Positions 12,141 through 25,059 of a stretch of 64,000 bases of DNA are shown one piece after another (position 1 is the stretch's first letter; each line of letters opens with the position of its first letter). The stretch comes from Chiloscyllium plagiosum. Taxonomy: Eukaryota. A model generated the notes under the pieces. That model did no database searches. It worked only from the letters and a program-made list of their open reading frames with translations, and was not told the DNA's origin. The DNA lies in assembly GCF_004010195.1 (NCBI RefSeq), contig NW_025215381.1, positions 1,480,949 through 1,544,948 on the forward strand, in the 5' to 3' direction. A program made the translations under genes and the position numbers.

Positions 12141-12955
12141 CGCTCTTGAATTGGGTCTTCCAAAATGCATCACCTTGCATTTTCCTGGATTGAACTCCAT
12201 CTGCCATTTCTCGGCCCAACTCTCCAATCTATCTATATTCTGCTGTATTCTCTGACAGTCCCCTTCACTATCTGCTACTCCACCAACCTTAGTGTCATCT
12301 GCAAACTTCCTAATCAGACCACCTATACCTTCCTTCAGATCATTTATGAACATCATAAAGAGCAGTGGTCCCAACACTGATCCCTTCAGAGATTAGATTT
12401 CCTACAGTATGGAAACAGGCCATTAGGCCCAAGAAGTCCACTCTGACCCATTTCCTTACATTTACCCCTGTCTAATGCACCTAATGCTATGGGCAGCTTA
12501 GCATGGCCAGTTTGCTGACCTGCCCATCTTTGGACTGTAGGAGGAAACTGGAGCATCTGGAGGAAACCCACGCAAATATGGAGAGAATGTGCAAACTCTA
12601 CACAGATAGTTGCCTGAGGCTGAAATCAAACCTGGGTCCCTGGCGCTGTGAGGTAGCAGTGTTAACCACTGAGCCACCATGTCGATCCCTGGGGAACACC
12701 ACTGGTCACAGGTCTCCATTTTGAGAAACTCTCTTCCAGTACTACTCTGTCTCCTGTTGCCTAGCCAGTTCTCTATCCATTTAGCTAGTACACCCTGGAC
12801 CCCATGCGACTTCACTTTCTCCATCAGCCTACTATGGGGAACCTTATCAAACGCCTTACCGAATTCCATGTATGTGACATCTACAGCCCTTCCCTCGTCA
12901 ATCAACTTTGTCACTTCCTCAAAGAATTCTGTTAAGTTGGGAAGACATGACCAAC
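12141..12955 (-). mobile_element. CR1-type LINE RT fragment, interrupted by HE1 SINE at 12387-12682 (-) with TSD gatccct
   Basis: KFADDTKVGG and FGKAFDKVPH peptides; gatccct at 12379-12385 and 12684-12690. Confidence 0.9.
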
Positions 12956-14264
12956 TTTTTGAACTGCAAGTTGTAACACAGGAAATACAGATTTAATGAT
13001 CTGGATGGCCTCTTGTGCTTAATGTTTCTGTGGTTATAAATGCGGCAGCTAATTTGTGTACAGCAAGCTTCAGTATAATAATCTGGGGTGTTTATATCCA
13101 GCTGGCAGGGTGTTCGCGGTCCTTGGTTTAATACCTGAGCTGAAGGATCCCATCATTTAAGTTTCTGTGTGCGTTGGGCCAAAACCCCACAGCCGTCTGA
13201 CTCAGGTGAAAGTCCACTGCGCACTGAGACCTAAGCATCTTTTGTAACATCTGCTGTTTGTTTTGTAAAGTCCAGTTTTAGAAGCTGAAATGTAACATTA
13301 TTTGGGGGGAAAAAAATGTAAAAGTCTGGAAGGCAGCTGGGGATGGGCCAGCTCTTTGTCAGGACCAGCACTGGGGCATGTGGGCATGGGGTTAGGTGCA
13401 AAGATAAGCCATTTGGCCACTTGAGACAGCTCTGCCATTCAGGAAGCAGTGTTTCATACTCCCGTTCCCATCTACTCCCCACTTAATGGGCAGCACGGTG
13501 GCTCACTGAAAACCTGATGTGGAAAAGCAAACCGGTAGAAATCTGAAATAATGGTGGAAAAGCTGAGCACCTGGAGAGTACACGCCTCAAACCCAATATG
13601 GCTTTTCTCCAGGACGCATTTGAATTTGTAGAAAGCCCGTGCCTTTTCTTTTCCCCCGGTGAACAGAGAGCTGTCATGCCACTCATACAGACTTCACCTG
13701 ATCGGCTGCACACAAATGCGTGAGGGAGGACTTGAAATATGACAACTAATAATGGGTGGGTCAGTGGTTAGCTCTGCTACCTCAGTGGTTCGATTGTAGT
13801 CTCTGGTTACTCTGTGTGGAGTTTGTAGATTCTCACCTCTACATAAGTCTCTGCGGGGTGCTCCAGTTTTCTCCCATATTCCAAACGTGCAGGTTAGATG
13901 GATTAGTTGCTGGGTTATAGAGATATCATGGGGGAATTGTGGTTCTGGGTGTAATGCTGTTCAGAGGGTCGGTGCAGACTCAATGGGGCAAATGTCCTGA
14001 TCCCGTATGAATGCTGTGATTCTGATACTTGAGTCTCTTGTCTACCAAGTGTCTTTCCACTTCTACCTTTAAAAATATTCAATTAATCCACATCCACATC
14101 CGCCAGCTTTTGAGGCAATGTGTTCAAGAGTTGCATAGCCCTCAATTTTTTTTCTGTCCGAAAAAGATGACCTTTAATTTTAAAACAGTGCGGTGACAAG
14201 AGGGAGACCTCCTTCCCATGTCCACCTTGTCAAGATCATTCAGGGTCTTATACATTTCAATTAA

Positions 14265-14408
14265 AAGCCCTTCATTCCTGATGAGGGGCTTTTGCCTGAA
14301 ACGTCGATTTTCCTGCTCCTCGGATGCTGCCTGACCTGCTGTGCTTTTCCAGCACCACTCTGATCTAAACTCTGGTTTCCAGCATCTACAGTCCTCACAT
14401 TTGCCTAG
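14265..14408 (+). mobile_element. Short PLE family-A insertion with 14-bp TSD inside an old CR1 fragment
   Basis: tacatttcaattaa at 14251-14264 and 14409-14422. Confidence 0.85.
14274..14310 (+). ncRNA. Minimal hammerhead ribozyme motif with GUC triplet
   Basis: CUGAUGA (14278-14284)-G-GGGC(UUUU)GCCU-GAAACGUC (14298-14305); stem I weak (AUUC/GAUU). Confidence 0.65.
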
Positions 14409-15016
14409 TACATTTCAATTAAGTCAGCTCTCGCTCTCTCAACTCCAGTGGAAACAAACCTGGTCTGTCCAACCTTTCCTCAGAAGACAGCTCGCTCATT
14501 TCAGGTGTCAATTGAAGAAACCTCCACTGAACTGCCCCCAACATGCTTACATCCTCCAAGTAAAGGGACCAAAGCTGCACATGGTATTTGAGATGTGGTC
14601 TCACCAATTCCCTGTGCATCTGAAGCAGGACATCCCTTTGTAATAAATGGTGGTATTCTATTAGCCGCCTTAATCATGGTATCTGCATATTAACGTTTTT
14701 GTAACTTACGCGCTAGAACACCCAAGTCCCTGGACTTTGGAATTCTGCAATCAATGCAGTGGGCTGAGTGGCCTTCCTTGGTGCTGCAAAAGTTGCTGAT
14801 ACGTCAACCCGAGCAATAAACTCCAGTGTCTGATAAATAGTTTGCAAATATTCTAAGAAATTGCAGGGATTATAAAATGTAGTCTGAGATTTTCTGAACT
14901 CTGTTGGAAACAGATTTTTATGACCTTGTCTTTTATGAGCTGCTTATGTAACGCATTCCTCAAATGGCATTTCTTTTCTCTTCTCTCCCCACCACCCTCT
15001 ACCCTGGTGTTTGCAG

Positions 15017-15110
15017 GAGAGGCCTCAATCCACCTCACCGAGTGAAGTCCATCTCCATGACAACCTTCACTGAACAGGAAATTGAATTCCTTCAGTCGCA
15101 TGGCAATGAG
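15017..15110 (+). CDS. agfg2: AGFG-family gene (AGFG2-like), coding exon 2: Arf-GAP domain, (L)RGLNPPHRVKSISMTTFTEQEIEFLQSHGNE
   Basis: Pyrimidine tract + ttgcag|G acceptor and GAG|gtgagt donor; 94 nt, phase 2 to 0. Peptide closely matches the AGFG1/AGFG2 ArfGAP segment as I recall it. Confidence 0.95.
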
Positions 15111-15346
15111 GTGAGTTCAGAGCTTGCCTGGGGGGGGGGGGGGAGAGGGAGAGGAGGGGGGAGAGCACGCTGTGTATTGCATGGATGGATGGGATAGGAA
15201 GGGGGGCTGGAGACCTGGGGCTCTTTCAAAATGCGAAATGCTGAAGGGTCCATCCAGCAGCTTATTTGATGCTCCTCAGCCTGTAGAATCGGGAGTGATC
15301 AGCCTACCCTGCTTACAGAAGGAATGACGCAGTCACTGCTCTGACT

Positions 15347-16130
15347 CAGAGTCATAGAGATGTACAGCATAGAAACAGACTCTTTTGGTCCAGCTTGTCC
15401 ATGCCGACCAGATATCCTAAATCATTCCATTCCCATTTGACCCATATCCCTCCAAACACCCCTCATTGAAATACTCATCCAGATACCTTTTAAATGTTGT
15501 AATTGTACCAGCCTTTACCACTTCCCGTGGCAGCTCATTGCATACATGCACCACCCTCTGTGTGAAAAGGTTACCCATTAGATCGTTTTCCCCTCTCACC
15601 TTAAACCCTCTAGTTTTGGAATTCCCTACTCTGGGGAAAAGACTATGACTGTTTACCCTCTGCATCTCCTTCATGATTTTATAAACCTCTCTAAGGTCCC
15701 CCTTCTGCCTCTGATATTCCAGAGAAAACAGCCCCAGCCTATTCAGCAACTCAACCCTGGCAACATCTTTATACATCTTTTCTGAACCCTTCAAGTTTCA
15801 CAGCTTCGTCCCTAGAGCAGGGAGACCAGAATTGCACTCAATATTCCAAAAAGTGGCCGAACTAATGTCCTGCTCAGCTGCAACATGACCTCCCAACTCC
15901 TATACTCCAATGAAGGCAAGTGTACCAAATACGCTCTTCACCATTCTCTCTACCTGTGACTCCACTTTCAAGGAACTATGAACTTGTACTCCAAGGTTTC
16001 TTTGTTCGGCAACACTCCCCAGATCTTGCCATTAAGTGTATAGGTTCTGCTCTGATTTTGCCCACCAAAATGTAGCGCCTCACATCTATCCAGAATAAAC
16101 TCCATCTGACACTGCTTGGCTCATTTGCCC
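15347..16130 (-). mobile_element. CR1/HER1-type LINE 3' portion
   Basis: LNRLGLFSLE..GDLREVYKIM and FTQRVVHVCNELP peptides plus the family 3' tail. Confidence 0.9.
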
Positions 16131-19100
16131 TCCTAACATATGGGGAGGTGATGGTTTAGTGGAATTATCATCAGTCTTTGAATTCAGAGACCCAGGTAGT
16201 GTTCTGTGGACCCCCGTTCAGATGCTGCCATGATAGAAGGTCGAATTTCAATGCGGTGAAATCGCAAATTGAGTTTAATTGTGATGTATAGCTGTTTGTT
16301 GGGAAAACTGCTTCACTAATATGCTTTAGGGACTGGACTCTCAGCATTGTGATTGACTGTTAGCTGCTGTGTGGACAATTATGGCTGTCTCCCTGACCGC
16401 CTGGCCAGTGATGCGCTCGTCCTGTGACTGAATGGAAAAAAAAGTATGTTAGCTGCTTATCTGCTATCTACCTCAGGCAAACAGAGTATGGCTACATTGT
16501 GGCTGAGGCAGCGTTGAAGTGCCCCTCTTCCCCATTCGTGGGGTCCAGGTCCACACACGTTGACACCCTCTGACACTTTGTCCAAGATGAGAGTGCAGGC
16601 ACGAGCAGTGGGAATGGACTGTTCAATTGCTCTAGCTAGCCCTGCCAATGATTCTCAGCCGTTTAATGGCCACGAGATTTGGTCCTGTATTTTAGTCACC
16701 CCTCAACCCTCCCCGCCTCACTCACCACTGAGAAGACAGTTTCTTTCTCTCCACCCAAACATTTCCTTCAAAATCTGTTAAAGATCTCAATGAGATTGCT
16801 CCTTGATCTTCCATCCTGGGGGAATACAAGCCTCATTCAAGTGGCCTGGGCTCGGATCATTTTGTTGAATCTGAATCTGTGCTATATTTATAGCTCTGCC
16901 TGAAGGAGTGGGACCAGTTAATTCCAGATGGGGACTAACTAAAGAGTTACAGAACTGTAACCATGATCGATGAGAGAATTTGACAGTGAATCTGATCAGC
17001 TGTTATTCTTTGTGATGCGTTTTGACTTTTCGTTTTCTGTTGTTTTACGCCCCTGTTCTGCCAGGCACTTCTCCAGCTTTCCAGGGTAGAGGAAGGATTA
17101 CGAGCACAAACCATGCAACCAATCTTCACAATGTAATTTTTTTTAGCTCCAGCGTCTTTCTGGTGAAGGAGTGTTGCTCCCCGTGTAAGATGAGCATATC
17201 CGTCTTGAGGTGTGGAATGCCAGACCTGAATGGGCAGACTTTACAGCCCTCTATAATCTTTCCCACATTGGAACACTTAACCTCCAAGGGCTCTTGAAGT
17301 GCACGGTACTTTGATATTTAGCATCACCCGCAATTCTTTTTTGATGCAATTCTGCAGGTGACACTGCATATTCAAAGTATCTGTAGCCTGTGTCCAGATA
17401 AGCATTTCCTAGAGAGAGAGAGAGACAGAGTCCATGAGTAGGTAAAATTGGGTTGGCTGTAATGAAAGCAACCCATGTCATGACAAAAGCTGCAGTGTCG
17501 AGGTGGGTAAAGGATATGGAAGAAGGTATTCAGTCTCTACAGTTCTGAAGGCTGCAGGATTCCCAAGCAGAAAATATTCATTTAGCCTCGTCGGAGTTCT
17601 GAAGCAGGCCTGAGACAGAAATGTTGGTCAGGGGACATGGAATTGCAGGCTGGAAGCTCAGCGTCGTTTGTGCAGGTACAATGTAGGTGTTCCACAAGTC
17701 TGTGTTTTGTCTCCTCAGTGTAGAGGAGACCACATCTTGAGCAGCGAGTATAGTAGACTAGATAATTTGCTGCTTCAACTGGAAGGTATGTCCAGAACCT
17801 TGGATATACAGAATCATAGAATTGTCAGAATGCTGAAATAGGCTATTCAGCCCTTTGTACCTGCACTGGTTCTATCACTGAGTGCCGATCTCTTGTCTTT
17901 TCCCGCATTCCCTGCATACTATTTCGATCCAAATAATCCTCTAATGTCCTCTTGAGTGCCTGAATTGAAATTGCATCCACTACATTTCCAGACTGTGTAT
18001 TCCCGAACAACGTGATGGGTGAGAAAGGGTTTCCTCACATCACTCTTTGTTTACACGTTACTTTGAAGCAGTGAAGACTGAGGAGGTAACCAGGCAAGTA
18101 TTTAAAAAAAATATAACTATGCAAGAAGCAAATGGGGACCCTTGTGAGACTGGTTGTGTTCCTAGCTCTGAATGTGGAGGTCTGGGTTCAGGCCCTTCCT
18201 GCTCCAAACATGTGTAATAACATTTATAATATATATCTATACGGAGCAGCTGTTATGCTGGCTGTGAAACGAGAGTGGCAAAACTGAGGAAGTCAATAAG
18301 ATCTATGCAGAAAAGAAAATGTGTAAATTTGTCATGATTTCAGTCTCTTCGAATCTACCAATATTTATGAGGGTGGTGGAATAATTTTGAAAAGAAATTG
18401 AATAGACACTTGAAGGAAGCAAACTTGCAGGATTTTGGGGCGAGAGGGGTGGGGACTGGGACTGCCTGATGAGCTTAATGGTCTTCCTCTACTGTTATGA
18501 TTCTAAATAGTTTGAACAGCTACCTGACACAGATCATCTTGACCTATCCTACTTTACCAGAGTGTTCCCTCATGTCAGTGCCAACCAATTCTGTGGCCAT
18601 GTGTTTGTGGGTCTGTCTTGCCCACAGTGATAGGATTAACCTGACCTGAAGTAACTGGTGCAACTCTGGGTGATTACAACCCATGTCCCCCACCTTGCCT
18701 GCTTGAGGATGAATAACTATTCCAGTCTCATCTTAGAAATAATTCTCCTGGTGTTTCCCTGAGGCAGACATGCTCCACCTTGAGACTGACTTATTTTTCT
18801 CTTGCTCAGCTGTGAATTGGAGAGCAGCCCAGTGTTTGCTCAGTTAGTTTTATTTGGCTGGGCCGCTGGATGTAGTGAAGCCAGCTTGGCTGAAACACAT
18901 ACACTGGAAGCATTGAATAGTACAGCACAGCAGGAAGCCGTTCTGCCTATTGACACTTTCCGAAGAATAACCCGCTTCCTCCACCCGTCTCCCATATCTC
19001 TAAACGTTTCTCCTTCGAGTTTCTCCTTTGACCCTTGTGATCCCTGCCTGCCTGTTTCCTAATCCTGGCTGTCATCCTCCCTGTCATCGTGTGCCTGTGA

Positions 19101-19597
19101 ATAAACGTGCCTTTAGCTCCAAATAAAATGCTGCAGTCACCTCTGTACAGATCAATGTTTTAACCTCCTGCACAGAGAGTGCCTCACTCCACAAACACAG
19201 CTTGCACTGTTTAATATTTCACATTGCCAAACCTGTCTTGCAGAATTCCATTTGATATTGCCACATGCTCTGCTGCTGAAATACTTGAGTTTCTGGATTA
19301 GAGTTTGAAGTAAGGATCAACTCGCAAAGGAAAGCTCTTTTTGGGAAAAAAAAAAGGAAGACCCACTGCTAAAATATGCCTTTTATAGACCTGTTTTGGT
19401 GTAAAGAATTTAGAGGTTGCGTACTTGCTGGGTGGGTCAGGTGGAACTTGGTATGAAGTCAGAGTCCATGGCAGCACCAACAAGAAGTTGCCTTTGTATA
19501 GCACCGTGAGCCTCAGTAAAAAAAAAAATCCCATTCTACTTTCAGGACTGTAATAAGACCAAATAGAACCAGAGGACATAAAAGTGATTAACAAATC

Positions 19598-19912
19598 AGA
19601 AAATCCCTATAGTGCAGATAGAAGCCTTTTAGCCCATAGATTCTGCACCGACTTTCCAACAGGCATTCCACTCAGACCCACCCTATTCCTGTAACCCTGC
19701 AATTACCATGGCTAATCCACCTAGCTTACATATCCTTGGACTCTATGGGGGCAATTTAGAATGGCCAATCCTGGTAACCTGCACATCTTTGGACTGTGAG
19801 AGGAAACCCACGCAGACGAGGGGAGAATGTGCAAACTCCACACAGACAGGTGCTTGAATCTGGAATCGAACCTGGGTTCCCGGCACTGTGAGGTAGCTGT
19901 GCTAACCACGGA
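19598..19912 (-). mobile_element. HE1-type SINE
   Basis: Reverse complement of the 6998-7318 family. Confidence 0.85.
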
Positions 19913-20102
19913 GCGAGATAGGATTTGGAATATATTGCTAGGGTGTGTGGTGAGGTAACTTCAGTTGTGATCTATCGAAGTGGAATTGAATCGTTTTCTG
20001 AGTAGGAAAGGTTGCAGGGTTATGGTGAAAAATAGGTGAGGGGACTGTTTAAGTTGCTTTCAGAGAGAACCGTCTTGGGCATGGTGGGGCAGAGTGTTGA
20101 GA

Positions 20103-20268
20103 GGCTGGAGGAGGGTTTCAGAGATGAGGCGCGTAGAGGCTGAAACAGGTAACAGAGATAGGGAAGGGGTGTAGGCCCTGGAGGGGTTTGCAGAGATTAT
20201 GGAGGGGTCTTAGGTCTGGAGGAGTTGCAGAGATCGGGAAGGGTTGTGGGCCTGGAGGAGGTTACAGT
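20103..20268. repeat. Degenerate ~37-bp tandem repeat (ctggaggagg ttacagagat agggaagggg tgtagg-like), 4-5 units
   Basis: Recurrent ctggagg...cagagat motif. Confidence 0.6.
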
Positions 20269-21186
20269 GGTGATAGATTGGTAGTGCAAGATTTTGTATG
20301 TGGAAAAGGGGGATGAGAATTTTAAAATCAATGCAGTTGCTTGACCAGTGTTGGTCAGTCAGTCAGTCAGTCAGGCAGAGGCATTAGTGGGCTGTAATCC
20401 AATGAGCATTGGGAGCGCAGCTTTGGATGCATGTTGCCATTTTCTGACTGAATAAAACCTCCGAATTGCAGCCTTCGGTGCTTTCCAATGCTCTCACCGG
20501 TGGCCAGTTTGGCTACCTGTCAGGAGCAGTCTTTGTATTTTCCTCCTCCATTTTACCACCTGACTGCTTGCCTCGGTTTGAGGGTGGTAACCGGCTTCCA
20601 GTTTTGCCTTGGACAAAAGATACTTTCAAGCTGTCTGAAATCATCATGGGATCTGGGCAGAGTTGTTAGGGAGCAACTTCCCATTTGTGAGAGGCTCAAG
20701 AACGAGAGGGCACAGACCGAAATAATTAGCAAAAAGGAAAAGCAACAAACTATGCAAGAAGCAAATCTTTCTCATGCAGGAAGTGGTTAGGCTTTTGCAA
20801 TGTGTCACTTAAGAGTGTGATGGTGGCAGGTTCAATCAAAGTTCTGAAAAGGGAATTCAGCTCTTCCCAGAGAGAATGTGCAGGGGGAAAGCAAGAGAGT
20901 ATCTCTAGGTGAATTGTTGGTTCTGAGATCTGGCTCTGACATGATCGGTTGAATGGCCTCCTATGATTCAGGACTGTCTCCTGGCTATTTGACTGGGTTT
21001 AGAGTCGTGTCCGAACTTGAACATCTCCGGCAATCGGCCTTTGTCGCACGGGACAGAATACGGAGCTGATTTTTGTCATTTCTTCCCCTTGTGTTAAGAC
21101 GAGCCACATGCAAGAAGGCGGTGTAGTTAATAATGAAGTTTAGGTTTGTACCCCAGCCTTTCCTTTGTCCAACTTGAAGACCGTAA

Positions 21187-21565
21187 AAGCACAATACTGT
21201 GGATGCTGAAATTCTGAAACACATTGCTGGAAAAATTCAGCCCATCTGGAAACATCGGTGGAGAGAGGAGCATAGTTTTGAATCCCGTACCACTCTTCAG
21301 AACTGTTCTGATGAAGAGTCAGATCTGATTCGGAATTTTGCCACAAGCTGCATTTGTGTAGCAACCTGATAAAGACATCTTTTGAGCAAACGAAAAAAAA
21401 ATGCCAAAGAACTCTGGGTACTGGAAATCGGAAGCAAAAACAGAAATTGCCGGCAAATCTCAGCAGTTTGCTGTAATCAGTCCTGAAGAAGGGTGACTGA
21501 AGCTGAAGGGTTTTCTCCACATCTCCTGCCACACCTGAGTTTTTCCAGCAATTTGTTTTTTTTTA
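21187..21565. mobile_element. Two decayed fold-back PLE-type fragments (family C) with degenerate hammerhead cores
   Basis: ctgatgaagagtc-agatct-gattc-ggaa at 21308-21335; ctgaagaagggt near 21483; inverted arms aaattgccggcaaatctcag / ctgagtttttccagcaattt. Confidence 0.55.
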
Positions 21566-23839
21566 GACCTTTTGACTGCCTGACTTTTGTAACTCACGTA
21601 GTGAGCACCTGATTTGCCGACAGCAACTGAATTTTAATCTATTCCACCCCCCCCCCCCCCACAAGTCAACATCCTGTAACAATATACGCTGTCTCCCACT
21701 GCATTATTCACCACTTTGCGACAGAGTGTTGATGTTCAACATTTCAGCTGGGCACAAAGCAGCCATGTCAGCAACTCCTTTTATTCTCCATCATCCTCGT
21801 GTACAGCAGTGACTGCCCTTCAGAATCCTGCAGTGGGTTTGGGTTTGTGATTTATAGATGCATCACTCCCTCCCCTCATTATGTTTAAAAAAAAATGCTT
21901 TATTAAAGTCAAGTGTCAAAACCAGAGGTTGAATTAAGGGAAGATTTTCTGTTAGTCTTAAGTAAAATGCATGCCTGGGCACAGATAGTAAAATAAAGTT
22001 CAGGCTAAAAATCCCTGGCAGCATTCTGGTCAACAGCGCCAGTATTAATTTACCAGCCAGAGATGGGTTGTCTGTTGCTTATGTTTGATGCCAAATGCTT
22101 TCCAAACACTGTACTCCTGCTATGCTGGCGATATAAATTAACAGTCCCCTTGAGAGCGTTTTGGCACGTGAAGGTGTCAGCATCTCTAAAGAATTTGAGA
22201 GCCAGGTAGTTCGAGTAGGTTCCGCCTTGATCTGTGCCTGTTGTTGCTCTGCCTAATGGCCCCGTTCTGTAGAACGCGCAGGGACTAGAGGTTCAGGTTT
22301 ATCCACCTTTCAAGTTGGGGGACATCTGGAAAGCGCAATTAAGAAAGCAGTTGGGGCTTTGGAAATAAGAGGCTTTGAGTTAAAACAAAAAAAACTGAGT
22401 CATGTGGAGCCTTTATATAAAACTCCAACTGAGCCACAACAAGAGCACCCTGCTCACTTCTGCTCGCCAGACTTTCAGCAGGGATGCGAGCGTCAAAGAG
22501 AGGGGTGGAGAACATTTCCCCACATAGTTCCAGGGGTGAGGGCATTTTAGCATTGATGTTGGGCTAGTTCCCCTTGGAGCAAAGGAGATTGAGGGGCGAT
22601 TTCATCAAGGTATATGAGTTGGTGGTAGGTTTGGGTTAAACAGACCCCTTCCCCATGTTCTGAAGTGTCGCTGGACGCTAATTCTGCTTTCTCCCCATAG
22701 ATGCTGCCCGACCTGCTGAGTTGCTCCAGTAGTGTGTATATTTTTCTTTAGAACTCCAACATCTGCGTTTTTTTTTGTTTTATCCAAGAGAAGCTACACC
22801 CATTCACTGCAAGCACAAAGGGAAATGGATTTAATGGGGAAAGAGATGCTGAGGGAGGAATGCTTTTCTATAGCGAGTGGAAATAACCTGGAACATGCTG
22901 GAAGTTGAAATGATGAGCAGTTTCAAAAGGAAATTGGACAGACTGTTGGCAGCAGGTAACCTACATGAGCTGGGGAGAGAGGGCGGAGATGAATGGGACT
23001 GACTGGGTTGCCCTACAGAGAGCTGGCTCCCTGCCTGCACCTGAATGATTGTGACTTGAGTTGCTGGTAATTTTAGAATGGTATTTTAATGGGTTGATGA
23101 GCTTCATGGCTAAGGATGAGGTTGTCCTATTTGAAACATTCGCAGCCTTCTGAAGCCACCACCTCCGCCACTGTCCTGGGGAATGAATAGAAGCACAGTC
23201 AAAAAACACAGAAATAGACCCTTCGGTCCAGCTCTATCCACCTTATCCATGCCCCTCATGATTTTATAAACCTCCGGTGCTCCAGGGTAAACAGCCCCAG
23301 CCTATTCAGCCTCTCCCTATAGCTTGTTTGATTCATTTTATGATTTTTGGTTCTAGGTTCTCCATTTCCTAGAGGTGGAGTTCTCATTGATGTCAGTACT
23401 TTTTCCAATAAGCTCATGTTGGTCTAGAGAGTGTTTGCTGGCATAGAACTTGCCTGCTGTTGCTCAGATTAGTACCATAGAGATCTTATAATATCAGACC
23501 AGAGGACAGATGGGACTTTGATCTCCTCTGAATGCCAGCACCTCAGACTGGAACGTCACATGGTTTTATGTGCAGCTGTCTGTCACGGGTCTTTAACTCA
23601 TTACCTGCTGACTTGAAGGGAATGGCCTGAGTCATGGTTGACATGCAGCAATTAGACAGTGGCAAAGAGCTGAGATTAGCTGACTCATCACAGACAGGGG
23701 TCTTGTGGGTTGTGACTTTAACACTTGATGGGGATACCAAATCGATGTCATCACATTGTGAAGTCTGGCCTGTACAAAGAGGAAGTTTGTGATGAAAACT
23801 TAGGAGGAAATCCTGGCCACAGCCGGAGTGCACAATAGC

Positions 23840-24420
23840 ACTACTTTTTCTCACTTGCTTCAGCCACACCCCACCACTCTTTCTTTTCCTTCCTCTCTTT
23901 CACTGACATCTTCTTTTTCTTTGTGTTTTTTAAGTTACCAACCCCCATCAGTCCTTGTCCTCTCTTTCTGTGCCCTGTTTTTCTGTTCTGCTTCTCTCTT
24001 GCTCTCTCTCCCTGTCCCTCAGTCTTATCCTGTGTCCCCCTCTCTCTCCCTTTGTGCCCCCATGCCTCATGTTCACTTTGGCACTTTGTCCTGCCCTCCA
24101 TTTCTGTTTTCCTCCTCTCTTTTCCCTTTCCCTTTATCTTTTTCTCTCCTTATCCCTTCCTTCCTCCCTCCCCTTCTCTCCACTTTCACCAGCTACACCC
24201 CCTCTTGTTCCCCTCTTCTCTCTTTAGTAACCTTGGCACCGTCCCTTTCTCTTCTCCCTTTCCCACCTCCTCAAGTCCTGGCACTCCAACTCTTCCTCTC
24301 ATTTCCTTTTCTCCCACTTACCCCTTCCTTCCCCACCTTTTTCCTTGTGCTTTTCACCCTACTCCACTAACCCTTCTTCCCACTTCCCCATACCCTTCAT
24401 CGTACTCACCTCCCCTATAA
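23840..24420 (+). repeat. Low-complexity polypyrimidine (CT-rich) tract
   Basis: About 580 nt strongly C/T-biased on the + strand; explains the spurious S/L/P/F-rich ORFs. Confidence 0.9.
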
Positions 24421-24429
24421 CTGCCAGTA

Positions 24430-24838
24430 CCTGTTTTCCCCGGAGCATCGGAGGCTGAGGGGTGACCTTGTAGAGGTTTATAAAATGATGAGGGGCATGG
24501 ATAGGATAAATAGACAAGGTCTTTTCCCTGGGGTGCGGGAGTCCAGAACTAGAGGGCATAGGTTTAGGGTGAGAGGGGAAAATTCTAAAAGGGACCTCAG
24601 GGGCAACTTTTTCACACAGAGGTTGGTACGTGTATGGAATGAGCTGCCAGAGGAAGTGGTGGAGGCTGGTACAATTACAACATTTAAGAGGCATTTGGAT
24701 GGGTATATGAATAGGAAGGGTTTGGAGGGATATGGGCCGGGTGCTGGCAGGTGGGACTAGATTGGGTTGGGATATCTGGTCGGCATGGACAGGTTGGACC
24801 GAAGGGTCTGTTTCCATGCTGTACATCTCTATGACTCT
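24430..24838 (+). mobile_element. Young CR1/HER1 3' end
   Basis: RTRGHRFRVRGE..FFTQRLVRVWNELPEEVVEAGTITTFKRHLD plus tail ...ctgtacatctctatgactct. Confidence 0.93.
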
Positions 24839-25059
24839 ATCCCCTCCTTCTCCCCATCACCCCTCAGCATGTCCATCTAGATTGTTTGCTCAAGTTGAAG
24901 TTTCCTTATTCCTCCATGGGGCGTGGGCCAGCATTTATTGCCCATTCCTAATTACCTGTTGAGAAGGTGATGTGCGCTACCACCTTGAACTGCTGCAATC
25001 CATGTACTTGAGGCAGAACTACAGTGACATGAGGGAGAGTGTTCCAGAAAAGAAAATCA

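Noticed and set aside
23828..24420. Long ORFs of 165-180 aa
   Set aside because: Stop-poor by-product of the CT-rich tract.
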